64,000 nucleotides of DNA from Nitrosopumilus sp. (lineage in GTDB: Archaea > Thermoproteota > Nitrososphaeria > Nitrososphaerales > Nitrosopumilaceae): NCBI GenBank assembly GCA_965204345.1, contig OZ241981.1:1920001-1984000 (forward strand), given 5' to 3'. The position numbers were made by a program, and so were the translations under genes. Below are positions 57,988 through 64,000 of the stretch, piece after piece. The notes beneath the pieces are model-generated. The model was not told the DNA's origin. It did no database searches and was given only the letters and a program-made list of their open reading frames with translations. Position 1 is the first letter of the stretch. Each line of letters begins with the position of its first letter.

Positions 57988-59205
57988 TCAGTTTTTTCTT
58001 TTCACCAAACTGAATAATTGCCTTACTGCAAGTTTGGGGTGATGGGCAGCTAGTTTGATCATATTTGATATTCCAAAATCTGCCTTAATGAAATCGATAA
58101 ACTCCTCGGACTTTAACTCCCTAATGATATCAAGTTCTTTATCCCATTGTACATCTGTCAGTCCCATCCATCTGTCTTGTACCTTGCTTGCAGAGTTTAT
58201 TTTTGATTCAATCTCTTTTCTCCAATTTTCTTCATATGAGTAAAGGGCTTCCTTGTCAGTTTTCCCTTTTTTTATTGCATCTGATGCCACCTTGCCTGCT
58301 ACCCTGCCAAATTTTATTGCGTATCTGATTCCTTCTAGCACCAATGGGTTTGCTTGTCCGGCCGAATCTCCGACTAGCATCAAATTATTGAAAACCGTCT
58401 GTCTTGATAGCCCATCATTTGGAATTAGTCCATAATGAAACTCAACTTTTGTTATCCTGCCCAATTTTTTGATAGGCCCTGTCTGTTTTTCCATTAGTTC
58501 GTCTAGTCTTTCTCTGGGGTCTACATCTGACTCTGGCTTTCCTACTCCCACTCCGATTCTTACCGTATCCTTGCCTAGTGGAAAGATCCACGCATAGCCT
58601 GCCGGAGAATATTCTTGCCCTACCATCAACCACCACGTATCTGAATCTACATTTTCTGCTTTAGCTTCATATTCTGCACCAGCTCCAAATCTTTCCCATT
58701 GTCTTACAAATCCCATTGCCTTACAAACCGTTGATGCAAATCCGGTTGCATCAATTACAACTTTGGAATGAAATGTTATTTTTTCCCTCCCCGCTCCTGT
58801 GCCCGTAACTCCAACTATGTCTTCCTTTTCATTCTTTATGACATTGCTGATGTTTGTCTTAACAAAAATATCTGCTCCTGCATTTTTGGCTTGATCTGCT
58901 AGCCATCTATATGTTTTTCTTACATCCAATACTGCGGCCCGCGAAATTGGGTCACTTATTGTTACCTCATTATTTGGCGAACAAAATGAAAAATTCTTGA
59001 TTGGATTAAAGCAATCATCTGGAATTCCAAAGTCTTTGATATTTTGAATCCATGTCACTCCGCTTGTTCTTACTGTCTCTGCTATGGTGCTTTCTTTTTC
59101 CAATAATGCAACCTTGACTCCGTTTTTTGCAGCCGCATATGCTGCTGATGACCCTGCCGGACCTCCCCCGACAATTACTAAATCATAATGATACTCTTCA
59201 TCCAT
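57988..59205 (-). CDS. Geranylgeranyl reductase family FAD oxidoreductase
   Basis: VGGGPAGS, IDATG, PAGYAWIFP, VGDSAG..NPL..EGIR. Confidence 0.9.
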   Translation of the reverse strand: MDEEYHYDLVIVGGGPAGSSAAYAAAKNGVKVALLEKESTIAETVRTSGVTWIQNIKDFGIPDDCFNPIKNFSFCSPNNEVTISDPISRAAVLDVRKTYRWLADQAKNAGADIFVKTNISNVIKNEKEDIVGVTGTGAGREKITFHSKVVIDATGFASTVCKAMGFVRQWERFGAGAEYEAKAENVDSDTWWLMVGQEYSPAGYAWIFPLGKDTVRIGVGVGKPESDVDPRERLDELMEKQTGPIKKLGRITKVEFHYGLIPNDGLSRQTVFNNLMLVGDSAGQANPLVLEGIRYAIKFGRVAGKVASDAIKKGKTDKEALYSYEENWRKEIESKINSASKVQDRWMGLTDVQWDKELDIIRELKSEEFIDFIKADFGISNMIKLAAHHPKLAVRQLFSLVKRKN

Positions 59206-59256
59206 TCTGTCTAACCTATAATGACCCGTGATATAATTTTGAGGTCTGATTGACTT

Positions 59257-59466
59257 TTATTTTTTTAATACTGGGGTTCCGGTAGCATCGTTTTCCCTTT
59301 CTGCATCAAATGTTTCCATATGTGCCGGATCCCTGTGCATGAAACTGTGTGTTTCTCCTTCTGTTTTTCTACAGAATTTTGAGTGAATGGTCTCCTCAAC
59401 CTTTAGGGTTGTTTCATTTTCATGAAATAGTCGTTTTCCACAGTCAGGACACACAAATTCAGGCAT
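59257..59466 (-). CDS. Small zinc-finger protein
   Basis: MPEFVCPDCGK...HSKFC. Confidence 0.65.
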   Translation of the reverse strand: MPEFVCPDCGKRLFHENETTLKVEETIHSKFCRKTEGETHSFMHRDPAHMETFDAERENDATGTPVLKK

Positions 59467-59558
59467 AAATTTGGTCTGTATCAAATCTATTTAGATGTTT
59501 CATGCTTGGCCCCTGTCATGGGGATAAACTTTAGATGTCAATCCCGTTATTGTAAAAT

Positions 59559-59675
59559 ATGGACGAATCTGAATTCATTCCTTTTATTATGTGGTCCGCA
59601 GTTACCGGGATTATAATGGCAGTTACTGGGCTTAGCTACAGGGTTTATTTGAAGAAAAATAATTCCTACTCTTGA
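59559..59675 (+). CDS. Single-TM micro-protein, 38 aa (not in ORF track)
   Basis: MDESEFIPFIMWSAVTGIIMAVTGLSYRVYLKKNNSYS; acidic N-terminus, TM helix, basic tail. Confidence 0.55.
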   Translation: MDESEFIPFIMWSAVTGIIMAVTGLSYRVYLKKNNSYS

Positions 59676-60156
59676 TTTAAATATCTTCTAATCAGGCATG
59701 GAATTTAATTTTGTTGTATTGTGCCATGTCTTTATTTTGTCTTTTTCTGACTCTCTTTTTTTGGGAATTGTTCTCTTTGACTTCCTATGTTCATATATTA
59801 TGTGACAATTGTAAATTCTTTTGCTGTCAATTAAGTTACAAATATTATGATATGAGATCTCTTAAATCCTTGATGCCTCTTGATAGTCCTTGAACTGTTT
59901 GATAATTTTTGGAGAAACTACAAATCTCCAAAGTTTCTGGATTGGCAAAATCAACTATTAATTGAACGCGGCTTTTTGATAATGGCAGTTATGAATTAAC
60001 TCTTGAGATCAACAAAATTAAAAAATACCAATCTTTGCCTGATGGTGCGGATATTAGCATTGACAACAAGTTACTGTAAACGTGCAATTTGCTGAAAAAT
60101 ATCATTTCACAGGGTTCTATGCTGGAAACTGCTTATGCTCAAAGATTCTTTGGATA

Positions 60157-60918
60157 TTATCCTTCAGAAGCCGTTTTTCCACCGTCTACGTTCAAAATGA
60201 CTCCGGTAACCCAGCTTGCCTCCTCTGATGCTAGATATAATGCGGCATTTGCAACATCTATTGGTTCTCCGACCCGTGCAAGTGGTAATCTTTCTTCTAG
60301 TACCTTGCGTGCTTGAGAATCATCCAGGTATGGCTTTATCATCCCTGAGTTAATTATTCCAGGGTTTACACAGTTGCATCTGATATTTCTTCTTGCATAC
60401 TCGACTGCAATTGATTTTGTGAACATTGCTATTGCAGCTTTGGTTGATGAATATACTGCTAGGTGCACTCTTGGTATTGCTCTTTCACTTGAGGTGGAAC
60501 CTATGTTTACTATCGACCCGTTTTTCACTTCTGACATTTTTGATAAAACATATCTTGTCATGTGAAATACCCCTGTTAGATTCACATCAATTAATTTTTT
60601 GATTTCCGTGTCTTGCATATTGTGAAAGTGTATTGGATCATTTATCGTTCCCGCGTTGTTTACCAGTATGTCTATTTTCCCATATGTGTCCATAATCTGA
60701 TTTACGGACTGTGATACTTGAGACTCGTCAGTTAAATCGCATGATATTGACGCAGTTGATTCTTCGTTTCCTATCTCTTTTCTAGCTGCCTCTAGCTGTT
60801 CTAGATTTCTTGCAATTAGGATTACCTTGGCTCCCTCGTCTGAAAATCTCTTTGCAATTCCCTTTCCAATGTCGCTTGATGCCCCGGTAACAATGGCAAC
60901 TTTTTCACTTAATCGCAT
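60157..60918 (-). CDS. Short-chain dehydrogenase/reductase
   Basis: [30 protein letters not shown]. Confidence 0.93.
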   Translation of the reverse strand: MRLSEKVAIVTGASSDIGKGIAKRFSDEGAKVILIARNLEQLEAARKEIGNEESTASISCDLTDESQVSQSVNQIMDTYGKIDILVNNAGTINDPIHFHNMQDTEIKKLIDVNLTGVFHMTRYVLSKMSEVKNGSIVNIGSTSSERAIPRVHLAVYSSTKAAIAMFTKSIAVEYARRNIRCNCVNPGIINSGMIKPYLDDSQARKVLEERLPLARVGEPIDVANAALYLASEEASWVTGVILNVDGGKTASEG

Positions 60919-60983
60919 ACTGTTGTATAGTGCTCATAACTTATAGAATTTATGCTGAATTTTATTCGTGAATTTAAAATATT

Positions 60984-61856
60984 TTACTGATTAATTTTTT
61001 TGATATATTCTATGATTCCTGTATAATCTATCTCTCCAAATCCTTCTTTGACTGCATCTGAGTACACTTCTTCTGCCTTTGCAATCATTGGCAGCTTGAT
61101 GCCTAATTCGTTTGCAGTGTTTGTCATGGTGGCTATGTCTTTTTTTAAATTTGCAAGCGTAAATGTTGGATCGTATCTGCCCTCAATCATTTTGTATGCC
61201 TTTTTTTCACTCATGCCTGTTCTGAAATATGTCGAGTTTAGAATTTCAAGAAATATTTTTGGATTTACATCTGCTTTTTTTACCAGGGTGATGCCTTCAG
61301 ATAGTGCCAATGCTAACATGGTGATTTGTAGATTCATGGCCAGTTTCACACAATGGGCAACTCCGTTCTCTCCCAAGTAAAACACCTTGTTTGCAATTGT
61401 ATCCAGGACTTTTTGACATTCCTGAAAACTCTTTTCGTTTCCTGATACCATCATTACTAAATCTCCTGAGATGGCAACGTTTGGCCCTCCCATTACCGGA
61501 ATGTCCAGCTTAGTTATGCCGTATTCTTTAAATTTTTTTGAAATATCTTTTGACTCTGTAGGATTTATTGTACTCATGTCTGCAACAATCAAATTCTTGT
61601 GTCTTCCCTCTATGATTCCATCTTTTTCAAAGGAAATCTGTTTTACTGCATCTGAATCCTTTACTACTATTATTGCCAGGTCTGAATTCTCTGCTACTTC
61701 TTTAGGCGATGCTGCAATCTTTGCTCCTTTGTTTTTTAATTCTAGCGTTTTTTCCTTTGTCCTGTTGTATGCTGTAACTTCAAAACCCGAATCCAGCAAA
61801 TGTGCTGCTACTGCATTGCCTAGCATCCCTAATCCTATTATGCCTATTTTCTTCAT
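60984..61856 (-). CDS. NAD(P)-dependent beta-hydroxyacid dehydrogenase (3-hydroxyisobutyrate DH family)
   Basis: GIIGLGMLG, YNRT, DMST, DIPVMGG, KLAMN, KKD. Confidence 0.92.
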   Translation of the reverse strand: MKKIGIIGLGMLGNAVAAHLLDSGFEVTAYNRTKEKTLELKNKGAKIAASPKEVAENSDLAIIVVKDSDAVKQISFEKDGIIEGRHKNLIVADMSTINPTESKDISKKFKEYGITKLDIPVMGGPNVAISGDLVMMVSGNEKSFQECQKVLDTIANKVFYLGENGVAHCVKLAMNLQITMLALALSEGITLVKKADVNPKIFLEILNSTYFRTGMSEKKAYKMIEGRYDPTFTLANLKKDIATMTNTANELGIKLPMIAKAEEVYSDAVKEGFGEIDYTGIIEYIKKINQ

Positions 61857-61868
61857 TGCGTGTCTTCC

Positions 61869-62255
61869 CTAGTGTCTTTCTTCATTTTGAACTTCCCACT
61901 GGCTATTTCCAAATCTTGAGGCGACAAATTCTAACTGACCTATTGTTTTGTCCCCCTTCTTAACTTTGGCATAATCTAATCTCTTCATTTTGAATATCTT
62001 CTCCTTTGGCTTGTATCCGCCCTCTATTACTTTGATTTTGAATCTCTTACTTGCCTTGATAATCATTTTTCTTGCACCCTGAACATTGCCAATCCATGAA
62101 AACATTTCAAATTCCCCAAAGTTCTCAGTAGATACGTTATAGCCGTATAATCTAGCCTCAAGCTTGATTGAATGTGTCCTTGCCTGCTCGTTTAACCATG
62201 CAATGACTTTTTCACCGTGTCCCTTCTCGACTCCAAATGTCTCTGAATCCCCCAT
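61869..62255 (-). CDS. Hypothetical protein
   Basis: Open frame co-oriented with and tightly packed against the downstream dehydrogenase. Confidence 0.7.
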   Translation of the reverse strand: MGDSETFGVEKGHGEKVIAWLNEQARTHSIKLEARLYGYNVSTENFGEFEMFSWIGNVQGARKMIIKASKRFKIKVIEGGYKPKEKIFKMKRLDYAKVKKGDKTIGQLEFVASRFGNSQWEVQNEERH

Positions 62256-62336
62256 AATTACATCTGAGATACTAATCAATAATAATCATTTTCAAACTAT
62301 TGTTAAACTAAAATATTCATTAAATTATCATATTTT

Positions 62337-62717
62337 ATGCTCACAATTGATTGCAAGGATGTTGTTTCGATTAAAAATGATTTGCTTGTCTATGTTGCAG
62401 ATCAGGTCGCTGCCCTCCCGACCTTGAAACATGATCAGTTCACTCTGTCTTCTTTGGATGATGATGATGAAATAATTGACACTGTCAAAGTAATTTCTGC
62501 AATAAAAGAATATTTGAACTCTATAAATGAGGAAAAAAACTTTGCAATTACATCAAATAACGATCTCATCAACATTACTTCTATTTCTGGAAAGATAATT
62601 GAGACGCCTGCCAATGGCGATGAGCCAAAACATGAGCTGTTTTCATGCACTCATTGTGGTTTTGTAACCCAGTACCAAGCTGAGTTGACAGTCCACATGA
62701 GAATTCACTACATCTAG
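62337..62717 (+). CDS. C-terminal C2H2 zinc-finger protein
   Basis: FSCTHCGF...LTVHMRIH. Confidence 0.8.
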   Translation: MLTIDCKDVVSIKNDLLVYVADQVAALPTLKHDQFTLSSLDDDDEIIDTVKVISAIKEYLNSINEEKNFAITSNNDLINITSISGKIIETPANGDEPKHELFSCTHCGFVTQYQAELTVHMRIHYI

Positions 62718-63045
62718 TTTTTTAGGATTTCGTTGTCTTTTTAACTACCGACATTTCTGCTACTATTGCAAAATATGATGTGAAAATACATTTTGATATT
62801 CTGATACATTACTACTTGGCACTTTGTATGTTTTGAAATTTGTCCTAATTCCTTACTGCTTGCCTGATTTCCAAAAATATCCCTGATGATTATTTTACAT
62901 TGGTTTTGTTTTATTGCATGTCTTTTACTATACTATAAAATTCCAAATGCTGCCACAAAAAAGCCTGTCATACATTCATCGGCCATCTTCCTCATATCCT
63001 GATTTTCAGCAGGATCTTTATAAGCACTAATTCCCCAAATATCGT

Positions 63046-63234
63046 GTGAAAAGACCTTTTAAAAATAATACGATTAGGGTATATTGTGAAAAATGTGATC
63101 TAATTTTTGAATCTCGGGAAAAATTTGACAGGCATCTTGACTCTCATTCTTCTAATGTGGCATGTGAGGTATGTCCCATTGATACGATAATTTCCAAATT
63201 TGCCAATATTTTAAAAAAAGCCTTCTTCCCGTAA
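63046..63234 (+). CDS. Small C2H2 zinc-finger protein
   Basis: YCEKCDLIF...FDRHLDSH plus CEVC. Confidence 0.75.
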   Translation: MKRPFKNNTIRVYCEKCDLIFESREKFDRHLDSHSSNVACEVCPIDTIISKFANILKKAFFP

Positions 63235-63276
63235 TTTGGAATAAGTTTTTTTAACCGATTATTTCTGATTCTAATT

Positions 63277-63942
63277 ATGAATAAAAAAGGCCTAGTTGTA
63301 GGTGCCGTAATTATTGCAGCTATAGTTGGAATTGCAGCATCGGCGTCTTTGTCCTCATCATCTGAAACTGCTAATCTTGCCATGGGTAGGGAGCACGGAA
63401 CTATCTCTACTGCCATGGGCTCTCCCATCTTGGGTGATCCAGATGCACCGATTACTATTGTAGAATTTGGTGATTATCAGTGCCATCAATGTTACAATTG
63501 GTTTCATAACACCAAGCCTGCAATAATGCGTGAGTATATTGAAACTGGAAAAGCAAATCTGGTCTTTGTTGACTTGGCATTTTTGGGACGTGATTCTCCA
63601 AAAGCTGCTCAGGCAACTTATTGTGCTGAGGACCAGCAAATGTATTGGCAATATCACGAGATGCTCTACAATTCCCAAGAACCTACAATCGATGGCGGAT
63701 GGGCAAACTCAGAGCGACTAAAGGCATTTGCATTTGCCTTGGGACTCGATATGGGCTTGTTTGAGAGCTGCCTTGATTCTAATAAATATTCAAAGCGTGT
63801 TCAGTATAATTCACAGCAGGCAAGAGATCATGATGTAAGAGGAACTCCTGGATTTTTTGTTGTAGGTCCTGATGGACAAGAACAGCTCGGAGGCGCACAA
63901 CCATTTTCAGTATTCAAACAAGTACTGGATGCAATGGTCTAA
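63277..63942 (+). CDS. DsbA-family thioredoxin-fold oxidoreductase
   Basis: LGDPDAPITIVEFGDYQCHQC, GTPGF, GAQP. Confidence 0.92.
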   Translation: MNKKGLVVGAVIIAAIVGIAASASLSSSSETANLAMGREHGTISTAMGSPILGDPDAPITIVEFGDYQCHQCYNWFHNTKPAIMREYIETGKANLVFVDLAFLGRDSPKAAQATYCAEDQQMYWQYHEMLYNSQEPTIDGGWANSERLKAFAFALGLDMGLFESCLDSNKYSKRVQYNSQQARDHDVRGTPGFFVVGPDGQEQLGGAQPFSVFKQVLDAMV

Positions 63943-64000
63943 TGATACCTGCAACTAAACTGGTATTTTCAAACCCAAAATATTTTCTTTTATCTTTTGC

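Overview
Gene content (class I LysRS, Elp3, TBP, TFB, cofC/D/G/H, Sec61beta, aIF1, Tsr3, DUF1512, DUF2070, geranylgeranyl reductase, lamin-tail surface protein) indicates an archaeal chromosome segment of a Nitrosopumilus-like thaumarchaeote. A serpin plus large secreted proteases suggests a host-associated (e.g. sponge) lineage; that is inference. Core genes are interrupted by accessory patches at about 15.9-17.9, 21.2-28.2 (next to tRNA-Pro(UGG)), 28.8-35.0, 44.0-45.4 and 51.3-54.0 kb. No transposase, integrase or cas gene is visible. The patches share a dispersed ~160-bp element with terminal inverted repeats (family A; 9 full or partial copies), a second ~210-bp repeat (family B) and several inverted gene duplications. 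Most notable: (i) between two inward-facing A elements, two tandem promoter+hairpin units with a 100% identical scaffold and an unrelated 18-nt insert, resembling a small guide-RNA array and carrying C/D-like boxes on the opposite strand; (ii) a serpin gene flanked by what look like two permuted halves of one A element sharing a 12-bp direct repeat, as expected for an integrated circular cassette; (iii) an ApeA-like HEPN (Rx4H) gene bracketed by A and B; (iv) a subtilisin+trypsin-like dual protease with an in-frame TAG after its signal peptide; (v) several unannotated zinc-finger micro-proteins and a structured ncRNA candidate. All alignments were done by eye; no database searches were run.
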